64,000 nt of DNA from an uncultured Verrucomicrobiae bacterium (GCA_963772365.1 CAVYXA010000001.1:608001-672000), one strand, 5' to 3'; positions 1-10,006 are shown, counted from the first letter of the stretch. The notes: generated by a model not told the origin, from the sequence alone. Made by a program: numbers and translations.

Positions 1-2
1 CG

Positions 3-1034
3 ATGGATGTTGAATGGGATTGGGTCCTGGTAGCGACGCCCCGCGTTCTCGCCGACAGTCCATTTTTTGGATCATTCGATCCAATCGTCGTCAGCGATGC
101 GCCGCTCAGTTATCATGTTTTCTGGCGGTTGGGACGATTATGGTCAAAGAGTGGTTGTGTGCTCGGGCTCGCCACGGCGTTCTTTGCTCCCCTACTCGGT
201 CCGCCCGTTTTAACGAACTACTTCGACGCAAATGCTCTTCATGAAGTCCGTGATGAACGGCACCTTCGCGAGTATCTCAAATCCTTCGTAGTGCGAAATC
301 TGGTTAGATTTTCGTTAAGGCGCTCCCGAGCGCTATTCATCCTTTCAAATTATGGGCGGTCAAGGATGGTGGAGGCTAACCCAGCCAGTGCTTCAAAGTG
401 GGTGGTGGCGCCATGCGGCTTGCCACCAGTAGGTCCTTCGCCGGACCGAAGCCCGGAATGGTCGAAACAACTGAAAGGGCCCTTTATCCTTTATGCTGGC
501 GCTTTTTCTGAAAACAAGAATCAACGGCGTTTAATCGAAGCGTGGGACAAGCTGCGCCGGCAGAATGAAATGTGCCCGAACCTGGTACTTATCGGACCCG
601 CTCCTGAATCCTATTTGCGAGAAGTAATTCAGCCAGAGCGCACCCGCACGGCTCATCCCGAAGAGGTCATTATCCCTGGGTTTGTTTCAAGCGAAGATCT
701 CGCATGGGCATTTCGCAAGGCCCACTCCTACATCCAACCCTCCTTCGCCGAAGGTTTTGGATTACCCATCGTGGAAGCAATGAGCTGCGGCACTCCGGTG
801 GCCTGTTCTGACAGCACGAGTATGCCGGAAGTGGCGGGGAATGCCGCAATCCTTTTCAACCCTGCAAATGTGGAAAGCATCGCTGAAGCAATGGAAATGC
901 TTGTGTTCGACGAGCAACGACGAACTCAATTGAAGGCAGCCGGGCTCAAGAGAGCGAAGCTCTTTACATGGAAGCGACATGCGGATATTGTCGCGGGCCG
1001 CATTCGGGAAGAACTAAGGCGAATTGCAACGTGA
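3..1034 (+). CDS. Glycosyltransferase family 4 (GT-B), probably 5'-truncated by the window edge
   Basis: Motifs YAGAFSENKN and PSFAEGFGLPIVEAMSCGTPVACS (EX7E). Confidence 0.9.
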   Translation: MDVEWDWVLVATPRVLADSPFFGSFDPIVVSDAPLSYHVFWRLGRLWSKSGCVLGLATAFFAPLLGPPVLTNYFDANALHEVRDERHLREYLKSFVVRNLVRFSLRRSRALFILSNYGRSRMVEANPASASKWVVAPCGLPPVGPSPDRSPEWSKQLKGPFILYAGAFSENKNQRRLIEAWDKLRRQNEMCPNLVLIGPAPESYLREVIQPERTRTAHPEEVIIPGFVSSEDLAWAFRKAHSYIQPSFAEGFGLPIVEAMSCGTPVACSDSTSMPEVAGNAAILFNPANVESIAEAMEMLVFDEQRRTQLKAAGLKRAKLFTWKRHADIVAGRIREELRRIAT

Positions 1035-1052
1035 ATAGGGTACGGGATTATC

Positions 1053-1068
1053 TGGCATCTGCTTAGCT
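1053..1068 (+). promoter_or_regulatory. Possible sigma-54 (-24/-12) promoter of the Wzy-like gene
   Basis: TGGCAT-CTGCT-TAGCT; GG and GC correctly spaced by 10 nt, with deviations from consensus TGGCAC-N5-TTGCW; 36 nt upstream of the ATG at 1105. Confidence 0.4.
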
Positions 1069-1104
1069 TCCTGCTGGCATTGCCAAACATCGCTTCGGTC
1101 AACT

Positions 1105-2622
1105 ATGGATTTAGCCAGATACCAAATTGCAGGCGAGAAATTGTCCGTCTGGCTCCTGATATTTCTCGGAGCAATCGCCGCAGTTTTCATCGGTTTCATG
1201 ATGGGCGGCAATGCAATTCCCGTTTTTGTCATCTTTTTGACGCTCACCTTTTCGATCGTGTGGATAGCAGGGGCTCGGGAACGTTGGTGGCTTTTGGTAC
1301 CGGCTGCCGGGACTTTAGGTGGATTTTTTTATTTTGGCTTCAAAGTTTATCCTCAGGAAATCGCTCTTTTAGCTTCTGTCGTTCCTGTCGCCTTGATGCT
1401 CGCTTTCCGCGCTGCGCCGGTGCGACTGCACAGGCCAGCATTGCCGATGCTGATGTACATACTCGGCGCATACCTGGTAGCGCATTGGTTTGGCAGCAAT
1501 ATCTACAACTGGAGCGAAGGATCTGCGGGTTACGGAAATGTCGGTCGCGCCTATTTCAATGCGTTCTGGGCAATCTTTTTCGTCATTCTATTTTGGCGCT
1601 ATGGATCGACCAGATACATCGCTGCGGCGTTGCTGCTTTGTTATCTGGCCGCCTTCGCCCGTGTCATCATGGGAATTGTGTTCTATTTGAACGACGCTTT
1701 CGCCTACATCCCGGTTATTAACTACGTTCTCCCGGGCTCGACTTTTAGTCGAAGCGACGATTTGCGATGGTCTGGATTAACGCTGGCCACTTTAGCCATC
1801 TGCTATTTCCTGATTGAGAAGGGAGTCCTGAAGAAAACTTTTCATGCGATTGTTTTCTTTGCCAGTTCTGTCGCGATGCTCTTCGGCTCTGGACGGACTA
1901 CCGTTGTTCTGGTGGCTGTCATGCCACTTTTCGCCGCGATATTGTATCGCAAAATAATTCCCGTATTTGCAACCGCGAGCGTTTTGCTGACGATCGTATT
2001 TTTTGTTAATGCAAGTCCGATCGTACTGAATCCTTTTCCGTACCGAGTTCAGCGCAGCTTGTCGATATTATTGCTTAATCAGGACGAAGCTGAATTCTAC
2101 GGCAAAACAGAGGGCAGCAATGAATGGCATGAGGGGCTTCGAAAAGTCGCCTACTCCAAATGGACACAATCGTGGGCCACAGTCCTCTTCGGGACAGGTA
2201 TTCGGCCCTTCGATGTTACCGTTGGAGAGGCTCGGGAAGGTACCACGATGACAATGGAAGACATGATGTACTCGTCTGCAAAAGTCGGCGCGTATGAATC
2301 TGGCTGGTGGACGGTAATGGCTGTCACCGGCTTGGTGGGGCTTGTTCTTTATGGCAGCGTTCTCATCTACCTTCTTCGCAAGTTGCTTCCAATTTTACTC
2401 AGAGATCGGATTACCGACCACACCCATGCCTTCGCGTTCATGGCCGTCTTTGGAATTGTAATCTGGATCGGCCTGGGATGGACCAACGGTACTTTCCCGA
2501 GCACCGAAATTCTTTTTGGTTTTCTCGCCCTCGCTGGGTTTCAAGATCGAGTAAGAATAACGCGGCAAGAAAACGTTAGCGTACCGATCGCCGCCACGGC
2601 GCAGCCTGCCGGTATACGCTAG
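1105..2622 (+). CDS. O-antigen ligase/polymerase (Wzy/WaaL-like) membrane protein
   Basis: 505 aa with many transmembrane segments; SGRT motif, large periplasmic loop ending in LFGTG, then GLVG helix; polysaccharide locus context. Confidence 0.7.
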   Translation: MDLARYQIAGEKLSVWLLIFLGAIAAVFIGFMMGGNAIPVFVIFLTLTFSIVWIAGARERWWLLVPAAGTLGGFFYFGFKVYPQEIALLASVVPVALMLAFRAAPVRLHRPALPMLMYILGAYLVAHWFGSNIYNWSEGSAGYGNVGRAYFNAFWAIFFVILFWRYGSTRYIAAALLLCYLAAFARVIMGIVFYLNDAFAYIPVINYVLPGSTFSRSDDLRWSGLTLATLAICYFLIEKGVLKKTFHAIVFFASSVAMLFGSGRTTVVLVAVMPLFAAILYRKIIPVFATASVLLTIVFFVNASPIVLNPFPYRVQRSLSILLLNQDEAEFYGKTEGSNEWHEGLRKVAYSKWTQSWATVLFGTGIRPFDVTVGEAREGTTMTMEDMMYSSAKVGAYESGWWTVMAVTGLVGLVLYGSVLIYLLRKLLPILLRDRITDHTHAFAFMAVFGIVIWIGLGWTNGTFPSTEILFGFLALAGFQDRVRITRQENVSVPIAATAQPAGIR

Positions 2623-2656
2623 TTTATAGCCAGCGCACAATCGACGGCTGCCGATA

Positions 2657-3850
2657 ATGAACCATCAGTTTGGCCCTGCATTCCTGACGTCAATATTTTT
2701 GGGTTTGCTGACACCGCAAATCGGTCCCCAAATCACCGCAGCTCCGCACAATCGGGAGATTTGGATTGTTGCTCGTCATGAGGATGCAGATCGCAAGAAA
2801 AAGATCCTCGATGGTTCAACCCAGGAAAGATTCGACTGGAGCATGGATGGTGTCAGGCCAAACACAGTGATTCACCTGGGGCCGGGAGTATTTACTACTC
2901 AGGGGGTCCATTTGAAAAACAATTGGCGAATCCAGGGAAGTGGCAAAGACAAGACGGTTATAAGGCTTGCGAACAGCGTTCCAACCGCAGGAAATCCCCC
3001 ATCAGCCAGCGTTCTCTACAATTTCGACTGGGATGGCTTCTACGATTCTGTCGAGATTTCCGATCTCACGTTGGACTGTAATCGGGAGAATCAGCCATTA
3101 TTCAGGCGGGGCCGTGAGGGTGGCTTGAATGCACTTACGACAGCCACGCGAAATGCAAAAATTACACGAGTGCGAGGCTTGGGAACATGGGCAAATCCGG
3201 GTGAAGGCTTTCCATTCAGCGTGCTTTCATCAGGAAGCAAGGACGGCTCAAATCGGATCGAGATTGACTCGTGCGAAAACCTAAACCCAATCGGTCGATT
3301 GACGGCGATTTCTGCATTCGATCAGACGGGAACCAGAATTAGCGGCTTTATCCGGAATTGCACTGTCATCAATGATCCCGCTGCTGTCGGGTTTGGAGCC
3401 GGTGGATGGAAGAACTTTGATGTGTCGCACAATCAAGCCCGCAATATCGGCGCCGCGATCGTGATCGATACCCACGACTACGAGAACGTGCGCATTCACG
3501 ACAATCACTTTAGTGGCATGAAATCGTACGGCATCCTATACAATGGTAGCGGCCAGTACAACAACATCGTGATTGAAAAGAACTTTATTGAGATGACCGA
3601 ATCGGCGCGTGGCGGCGTGATGACAAACGAAGCAACGGTGAGCACCCGGGTTCAAGGGAATAGAATTATTCAAAACAGCGCTACCTCGCCTGCCGTTTCT
3701 CTCGGCCCGAAAACCAGCGGCATTGTGAGCGACAATATCATCTCTGAGCATATTCGAAGCAATTTACCCAGGACAGGACACATCATCGGGGAAAATAATC
3801 GAGACACTGACGGCCACTTGATCTCTTCGTTGGCGCAAGACGGCAACTAA
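2657..3850 (+). CDS. Secreted right-handed parallel beta-helix protein (pectin lyase-like; polysaccharide-modifying)
   Basis: N-terminal hydrophobic segment; VIHLGPGVF...IQGSGKDKTVI...ISDLTLDCN; repeated N/I-rich beta-helix turns. Confidence 0.7.
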   Translation: MNHQFGPAFLTSIFLGLLTPQIGPQITAAPHNREIWIVARHEDADRKKKILDGSTQERFDWSMDGVRPNTVIHLGPGVFTTQGVHLKNNWRIQGSGKDKTVIRLANSVPTAGNPPSASVLYNFDWDGFYDSVEISDLTLDCNRENQPLFRRGREGGLNALTTATRNAKITRVRGLGTWANPGEGFPFSVLSSGSKDGSNRIEIDSCENLNPIGRLTAISAFDQTGTRISGFIRNCTVINDPAAVGFGAGGWKNFDVSHNQARNIGAAIVIDTHDYENVRIHDNHFSGMKSYGILYNGSGQYNNIVIEKNFIEMTESARGGVMTNEATVSTRVQGNRIIQNSATSPAVSLGPKTSGIVSDNIISEHIRSNLPRTGHIIGENNRDTDGHLISSLAQDGN

Positions 3851-3865
3851 CAAGGGCAAATAATG

Positions 3866-3894
3866 GAAGTCGGCAGTCGCAGACTGCCGACTTC
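3866..3894. terminator. Perfect 13-bp hairpin between convergent genes (terminator or REP-like element)
   Basis: GAAGTCGGCAGTC-gca-GACTGCCGACTTC; no clear U-tract. Confidence 0.55.
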
Positions 3895-3949
3895 GAAGAG
3901 ATTCCGGCTGCGCTTGCCCCCAGCAGCTCCATTCGCGAGTTCCTGCTTG

Positions 3950-4924
3950 TCAACCAAGAGTGCTTAGTCTTCGAGCCACAAGTCTTTCGACACGTGCAAT
4001 AAAACTTCGGGTGTGGAGGCGTCCGTTTACTTCGGCAAAATTCTTCCTGATAAGAGGCTGGTACTCGTCGAAATTTTTGAGAATCGATTTGATTTGTCCC
4101 ACTGGATCTCTCCAGTCGACCTGCACGACGGGATTATACTTGAGGAGTTTGTACACCTCCGTGGGTGCCTCGCCGATAATTAGACATTGGGAAGCCATCG
4201 CCTCCAAATAACGCATTGTCAGTGTCGACACGCTTCCAGCGGATTCAGGGTGCGTTACCGACCGCGGAAAACACACGCAGAGCTTTGCGCTCGCCATTCC
4301 CTGCAGCAGTTGCTCGTATGTGGGATAGTTAGGCCGAAAAACGTAATTAATCCCCGCAGAGGCGCATCCAGCAGCTATCTGCTGGTGATATCCAAGATCC
4401 GCTCGGCCAAATGCAAGAATGTCGATGGTACGCTCCGGCCACGGGCGCGCGAAATAAGGGCTCGGATCGATCGACTCCGGAAGCCAGTGGACCTCGCAAT
4501 CAGGAAGCCGGCGTCGGCGAAAATATTGCGTAGCTTGAAAACTCGAAAGCATTAGAAGGTTGACCTTAAGCTCGCGAACCAGCCGTTCAAAGGCATCGAA
4601 TCCAGGCTCCCACGCGTCATAGGTCCAAAGGGCACGGATCTCATAATGTTCGCGAAAATAGGGAAAGCTCTTGCCAAGAAGATAATGTCGATAAGGAAGT
4701 CCCAAGCTGAGAATTGCTCCTTTTCGGCGGACGGAAGCAAGTAGCGGTCGGAGAATGGTGGAAGCAAGGGTGTAAAAACGGGTAGAGATTTTCGCGGGTG
4801 GAAACAGAATTGGCCCATTCACCACCTTCCAACCGCTGTCCCTGGCGCAAATCTCTTCGAGCACTTGCAACAACATGATGTCCATCCGCTTGTCGCGGAA
4901 GCGTGATCTAACCAATGTAATCAT
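3950..4924 (-). CDS. Glycosyltransferase-like protein (GT-B, CgeB/Glyco_trans_1_2-type C-terminus)
   Basis: R-x-IDILAFGR and TMRYLEAMASQCLIIG motifs. Confidence 0.7.
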   Translation of the reverse strand: MITLVRSRFRDKRMDIMLLQVLEEICARDSGWKVVNGPILFPPAKISTRFYTLASTILRPLLASVRRKGAILSLGLPYRHYLLGKSFPYFREHYEIRALWTYDAWEPGFDAFERLVRELKVNLLMLSSFQATQYFRRRRLPDCEVHWLPESIDPSPYFARPWPERTIDILAFGRADLGYHQQIAAGCASAGINYVFRPNYPTYEQLLQGMASAKLCVCFPRSVTHPESAGSVSTLTMRYLEAMASQCLIIGEAPTEVYKLLKYNPVVQVDWRDPVGQIKSILKNFDEYQPLIRKNFAEVNGRLHTRSFIARVERLVARRLSTLG

Positions 4925-5043
4925 GGCAATGTTGTGCTAAGTGCTCATCGTGGTAGCTGCATTTATAACGATCATGTGCAATTCAGTGCAAATCCCCCAG
5001 CGGCTTCGTTTTTGCTCTGGCCGATGATCAATTCGATGTCCTC

Positions 5044-5785
5044 GTGAATACCGTTCTCAATCTTATTCTCACCCATCAATCCGCATCTGCGATTGACAAA
5101 ATGGTCGAGAATTGGGGTCGGTGCGTTCCAACACAAAGTATTCTGATTGCTCATGGAGGTACGGAAAGCGAATTCGAGGACATCAGGCATAAGCAAAAGT
5201 TCTTTGTCGATGATCCGCGGCTGCGAACACGAGACCATCAGCGCGAGCTACAAAGTTATACTCGGCTTCTTCAGTTAGCCGCTGAATTCTTGGATGCCAC
5301 TCGTGGACAGTTTCAATTTGTTCATTTTGCGGAGTACAGATCATCTCCCCCTGGTTTCCGATTTGAATGAGCGACAGTTGCAACGCTTGAAATCGGAAGG
5401 TGCCGATCTCCTCGGGTTTCACGTGCATCGTGTCGATGACACCAATAATCCGCATTTTCTCTACCACGCCAGGGATCCGAGATTCATGTCATATTGGTCG
5501 AGTATTAGCTGCCGCTCGGAGCCGGAAGTTGTTTTGTCGATGTTCGGCAGCGGCAGTTTCTGGACACTCGAAGCTTTTTATGCTGTTTGCGCTGTCGAAG
5601 AACCATTCCCGATCTACATGGAGCTCTATCTTCCTACCCTCGCTCATCATTTGGGTTTTCGGGTGCGCGACTTTGCCGAGCAAAACCGCTTTGTTCGTTC
5701 ACTCAAGAGCGAGATCTGCGGTATCGATCAAGCCCGACAACAAGGGGCGTGGACTTTGCATCCGGTCAAGCGATTGTGGGACTAG
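5044..5785 (+). pseudogene. Frameshifted hypothetical protein, possibly GT-A-like (about 246 aa if repaired)
   Basis: ORFs 5044-5370 and 5294-5785 join as FVHFAEY-DHLPLV if the extra A at 5338 is removed. Confidence 0.7.
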
Positions 5786-5793
5786 TTTGGATC

Positions 5794-5824
5794 TCAGAAG
5801 GCAGAGGTCAGAGATCAGAGATCA
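5794..5824 (+). repeat. Degenerate heptamer tandem repeat (TCAGAGR family)
   Basis: tcagaag gcagagg tcagaga tcagaga tca; same family at 12998-13035. Confidence 0.75.
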
Positions 5825-5825
5825 A

Positions 5826-5916
5826 CCGCCTTCGCAAGGCTACGGCGCGCCAGGGAGGCCCGAAATGCGTGTCCATTCCTGTTCACCTGTCACGCCGCAG
5901 ACTCGCGCGAAGGCGG
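5826..5916. repeat. Inverted REP-like pair (CCGCCTTCGC...CGGCG..CAGG family)
   Basis: 5826-5854 ccgccttcgcaaggctacggcgcgccagg; reverse complement of 5886-5916 is ccgccttcgcgcgagtctgcggcgtgacagg. Confidence 0.7.
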
Positions 5917-5943
5917 ATTCGTGGTTAAACTTTGCTTGCGATT

Positions 5944-6468
5944 ATGAGTCAGACCATGGTTGCTGAACAACGGAAGCCCCTTGACCGGCTGGCAGAGTTG
6001 ATTCAGTCGCGTTTGTTAGAAGAGTGCCAGCGCTTTTATGGTGAGCGGCTCGTCTCCCTCGTTCTGTACGGCTCGGTCTCCCGTGGCATATTTTCGCCAC
6101 AATCGGACCTCGATTTTCTGATCGTGGCCGAACCATTCCCAAAAGGACGCATCCCGCGCGTGCGCGAATTTGAGCAGGTAGAGAGACAGCTCGCGGCTGC
6201 TCTGGCGAGTTGTCACGCAGCGGGATGGCATATTCGACTTTCACCCATTTTTAAGACTCCCGCGGAGGCCGAGTTCGGTTCGCCGCTGTTTCTCGATATG
6301 ATCGAAGACGCTCGGGTTCTGTTTGATCGCGATAATTTTTTTGCAGGCAGGTTGGATCGCCTTCGTGCACGTCTTCGAGATTTGGGCGCGCGCCGAATTT
6401 GGAAGAAGAACTACTGGTATTGGGACCTGAAGCCGGACTTCAAACGAGGAGACGTGATTGAGTTGTGA
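5944..6468 (+). CDS. Minimal nucleotidyltransferase (MNT), putative antitoxin
   Basis: LYGS-X10-DLD motif (GSVSRGIFSPQSDLD); GTGA overlap with the HEPN gene. Confidence 0.9.
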   Translation: MSQTMVAEQRKPLDRLAELIQSRLLEECQRFYGERLVSLVLYGSVSRGIFSPQSDLDFLIVAEPFPKGRIPRVREFEQVERQLAAALASCHAAGWHIRLSPIFKTPAEAEFGSPLFLDMIEDARVLFDRDNFFAGRLDRLRARLRDLGARRIWKKNYWYWDLKPDFKRGDVIEL

Positions 6469-6872
6469 CAGCTGAATCGCTTGCTCGCAGTTTGATCGGC
6501 CAGGCTCGCCAACGATTGACTTTGTTGCCACACGCAATGGAACTGCTCGCGTGGCATATTGTGATCCGCGAAGCACAGGAATGCATGGAGTTGGCGCTGA
6601 AAGGGCTGCTGCGGGCATGCGCACTTGAGCCGCCAAAGATTCATGATCTTGCAGCTTATCTGCTGGAAAATAGAGAACGTATTCTCCAGGTGCGCACCTC
6701 GCTCGCGGTTACGCGCATGGCAGAAATCTCCAAACGCTGGCGCAGCGAACGGGAGCTTTCGTTTTACGGCGATGTCGATTTTTTGCCTGATGAAAAGTAT
6801 ACCAAAGTGCAAGCCAGCGAAGCGATCCAGGATGCGGCCTTCTGTATCGAGCAAGCCGAAAGCGCATTGTGA
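6465..6872 (+). CDS. HEPN domain protein, partner of MNT
   Basis: AQECMELALKGLL, PPKIHDL, RELSFYGD and AIQDA helical HEPN pattern. Confidence 0.9.
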   Translation: MTAESLARSLIGQARQRLTLLPHAMELLAWHIVIREAQECMELALKGLLRACALEPPKIHDLAAYLLENRERILQVRTSLAVTRMAEISKRWRSERELSFYGDVDFLPDEKYTKVQASEAIQDAAFCIEQAESAL

Positions 6873-6903
6873 CTGCTAACGACGAAGTCAACATTCGAGG
6901 CAA

Positions 6904-7176
6904 ATGATCCGTAAGTTTGTTCGGGCGATTGGTTTGAAAGTGGCGCAGACGATCGGCACTCCGCTTGTTGATTACCGGTCAGGTAAGCCACTGGGACGCG
7001 CCCTTATCGTCGTGTGGCGACGCAAGATTCACGTGATCGGTCTTAACACTGCGGTTCGGCCAATGTTTCAGCCGCAAAAACGGCTCACGTATTGGAAACA
7101 GGAAATCGTGTTTACGGAGCATCATGGCCCTGACTTCCCGAATCTGCGGGGAGACCATACCCCGCCGCAAACCTAA
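6904..7176 (+). CDS. Hypothetical protein (90 aa)
   Basis: ATG-initiated ORF filling the gap between HEPN and GT9. Confidence 0.55.
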   Translation: MIRKFVRAIGLKVAQTIGTPLVDYRSGKPLGRALIVVWRRKIHVIGLNTAVRPMFQPQKRLTYWKQEIVFTEHHGPDFPNLRGDHTPPQT

Positions 7177-7216
7177 TCTGTTGGGTTCGCGGTTAGAATC
7201 TGAATCGCTACGCAGC

Positions 7217-8311
7217 TTATGGATGTGATTCGGAAAGCGCCTCAGCACCGGCGCGCTCGAAATCAGGCGAAAGCACTGATTTCTTAATCCAGTTTGAAAT
7301 GCATTGTTCAAGCTCCGGCCAAATCAACTCCGGCTGTAGCTTCGTTAAACAGAACGGCTCTGGAAATCGGCAGTAGTCAAAGCAAGGCCGATGAGGGCAA
7401 ATATCGCGAATAATGACGTGCTGGTATTCGCTCCAGGGCCGGAATCTTGCCGGATCAGTGGGCCCAAAGATCGCAATCACCGGCGTTGCGCAGGCGGCTG
7501 CGATGTGGGCAGGCGCGCTGTCATTACTGATCAACAGATCGGAGTTCGAAATTACCTCGATCAACTGCTCGAGGCTAAGACTGGCTGATGATTCATCCGC
7601 TAATTTCGCAAGCGATTGACCATACCCGTCGAGATCAGGAACAAGAACGAGACGAAACTGAAACCGCGCGCGTAAATTCCTGATTAGATCGGCAAAATAG
7701 ATTTCAGGCCACCGTCTAACAGGGATGCGAGCACCGACATGCAGGCAGAGAACTGGTAGGCCTTGGTTCGCCCTATCCCGGAAACCCTTCTTGATGGAAC
7801 CACATTTGAGATAAACGCTCGCATTATTGGCGTGGGTGCGACCAGGGACCACATTCTCCGCAATCCCAAGCCAATCCTCCACCACGTGTTGCGTCTCGGA
7901 AGCTTTAAGGGAGTCGGTTAACAAGAACTGACTTCCATACACCCCGAAGCCGATCCGCCTGCGTGCTCCGGACAGCCAAAGCAACACGTGATCCCGGGGA
8001 TCCTTGCGCACGGAAACAGCCAGCTTCGGGCCTAGTGAGCGTAATTTCCCAATTGTGTTAAATAGTGCCCGCCAATTCCACCGCCAGAACTTGTACTTTC
8101 CTCGAAAGACCGTCCAGGGAGCGTCCCATTCAATAAACTCAATGCCCGGAAAAGTCGTAGCCAGAATACCGCGAGCGTGCGGCTTTCCAAGCAAGACTAC
8201 GTCGTACCGGGTTGCGACGCTTCTTAAAAAGGGCGTCGATAAAATTAAGTCCCCAATTCCCCAAAGCTCGACAAGAAGCAACCGGTCTCTGTGAACTGCC
8301 CCTTGTTCCAT
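7217..8311 (-). CDS. Glycosyltransferase family 9 (heptosyltransferase-like)
   Basis: WGIGDLILSTP, RRWP and LLISNDSAPAHIAAA..TPVIAIFGPT motifs. Confidence 0.92.
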   Translation of the reverse strand: MEQGAVHRDRLLLVELWGIGDLILSTPFLRSVATRYDVVLLGKPHARGILATTFPGIEFIEWDAPWTVFRGKYKFWRWNWRALFNTIGKLRSLGPKLAVSVRKDPRDHVLLWLSGARRRIGFGVYGSQFLLTDSLKASETQHVVEDWLGIAENVVPGRTHANNASVYLKCGSIKKGFRDRANQGLPVLCLHVGARIPVRRWPEIYFADLIRNLRARFQFRLVLVPDLDGYGQSLAKLADESSASLSLEQLIEVISNSDLLISNDSAPAHIAAACATPVIAIFGPTDPARFRPWSEYQHVIIRDICPHRPCFDYCRFPEPFCLTKLQPELIWPELEQCISNWIKKSVLSPDFERAGAEALSESHP

Positions 8312-9003
8312 CAAAACAGCCGGCTGCCATCGGGACGGGAGAGTTTAGGAACGAGTTTCCGGATAAATTCTTCGACCATCTTTGTTGCGTCCTCCTCACT
8401 GCGACCATAGCGCGTCCATCCCTTTGTCACGTTTGTCACGACGGTGACGTAAGCCCAGCGTTGCGCCTGGCCGTGTAGGATGCGATCACGCAGATCGATT
8501 CCTGTGCGAACCAGGTGAGAACAGGTCATCGCATCGTAACCGATAAACCAATAGTAATTCAGATTGTGCAGAAATTGCCGCGATTTGTCGGGCAAATCGA
8601 CCGGCTGAAAATCGTGGAGCTCTGTCATTTCCAAAGATTTTCCGTCACCCAAATTTACGGTGCGCCTCTCTGATCGCTCTAGAGTCCAGCCCTGGGCTGG
8701 CAAACAACGTTCCGGACGATGGATACTGGTAGCCATGTCGTCACCAGACATCACAATCGAAACGAAAATCTGGTCGCCTTCCGGACTAAAATAAGTTTTG
8801 CGAACAAACTGCGTATCTTTGGCAAGCGCTTCGCGTTCGCGCTGTGTAACCTCAACATCTTCGCCATACCAAGTTCCGACGAAAGCAGGCAGCGTCATGG
8901 CAATTCCAGCTGGAGTAATATTGTTCGAATGTGGCAGCAGGAAGATCGCGCCAAACCCGGCAAGCAAAGCAACCTCGATAGAGAGCAGTCGGCTAGTAAT
9001 CAT
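8311..9003 (-). CDS. epsI: Exosortase-associated EpsI family protein
   Basis: IHRPERCLPAQGW and YYWF motifs; overlaps the exosortase gene. Confidence 0.88.
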   Translation of the reverse strand: MITSRLLSIEVALLAGFGAIFLLPHSNNITPAGIAMTLPAFVGTWYGEDVEVTQREREALAKDTQFVRKTYFSPEGDQIFVSIVMSGDDMATSIHRPERCLPAQGWTLERSERRTVNLGDGKSLEMTELHDFQPVDLPDKSRQFLHNLNYYWFIGYDAMTCSHLVRTGIDLRDRILHGQAQRWAYVTVVTNVTKGWTRYGRSEEDATKMVEEFIRKLVPKLSRPDGSRLF

Positions 9004-10006
9004 ACGACACTTTCTCCTTCCTGGCCGCCGCTTGTTTCAATTTCGCCGGTTGCAGGTTCAGTAATTTTCCGAAGAGCACCATCGCGGCGATGGCGAAGGG
9101 AAAAGACAGAAACCCAGAGATTGCATGATAGGGACCGGCGGCCAGATCTTGTCCGAAAAACCGGCCAACCACGAAGATTGAGACGAGACGTCCTGCGTTG
9201 CCGATGATCGCAAACACTATTGCAGCAGCAAAAAGCGCCAGCTTCTTCCAAAGACGATCCTGCGTTAGATGTCCATAGATTGCTGAAAGCATGGCAATGG
9301 CCATGAGCGAACGGATCCCGCTGCATCCTTCGTCCACTTCAAAATGGAAAGCGTTGTCGGCAGCTTGGACCACCGTGCCGACCGAATTCACGTGGATTCC
9401 GATGAAATTGCAGATGGCGGTCGCGATTCCGGTCTCAATAAATTGCAGTTTCAACGTTGCCTGGGTAAGGAAATTCAAAGGCACCATGAACAGCAAAAAG
9501 GCGATAGGAAAAAGCAGGACGCGCGCGACTTTCGTTCCCCAAACATACAGGACGATGCCAAAAAGAAGAAATGGCAGCGCAGTTAGCGCCAGACGGGCCT
9601 GAATCGTCCGGGCGCTTGCAAAGAAGAGGAATAATCCGAAGGCAATGAATAGCCATCCCCATCCGGATGAGCTTAGCGGCGCGCTTTTCAGCTTGTTGCG
9701 ATCGTACCAGACGAGAAAGACAACAATCAGTGGGATCAGCTTGGCATGCTCGTAGTTCGTCTCCGGGTTCCATGCCCGCCAGGCCCAAAGGAACGTGGAC
9801 TCCTTGCCGACCGAGAAAAGTGGGAGAAATCCAAAAAAATAGACAAGCGTTGCCACAATTGTGAACAGCAGCGCGGTCGAGGCAGGATTGGACTTCGCCC
9901 AATCGAAAAGCGGTTGCATCCGGCCAGACATCGATCGTGCCGATTTAGCATCACCGGTGAGGCTGACCGCTTCTCCTACGGAAGTTTTCGATTCTTCAGC
10001 TGCCAT
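8993..10006 (-). CDS. Exosortase (EpsH family)
   Basis: Multi-TM protein with Cys (EGCSGIRSL), Arg (GNAGRL) and His (YHAISG) catalytic residues. Confidence 0.92.
   Translation of the reverse strand: MAAEESKTSVGEAVSLTGDAKSARSMSGRMQPLFDWAKSNPASTALLFTIVATLVYFFGFLPLFSVGKESTFLWAWRAWNPETNYEHAKLIPLIVVFLVWYDRNKLKSAPLSSSGWGWLFIAFGLFLFFASARTIQARLALTALPFLLFGIVLYVWGTKVARVLLFPIAFLLFMVPLNFLTQATLKLQFIETGIATAICNFIGIHVNSVGTVVQAADNAFHFEVDEGCSGIRSLMAIAMLSAIYGHLTQDRLWKKLALFAAAIVFAIIGNAGRLVSIFVVGRFFGQDLAAGPYHAISGFLSFPFAIAAMVLFGKLLNLQPAKLKQAAARKEKVSYDY

Noticed and set aside
1080..1721. 213-aa alternative-frame ORF over the Wzy-like gene
   Set aside because: Its Arg/Cys/Ser-rich composition is typical of an off-frame translation.
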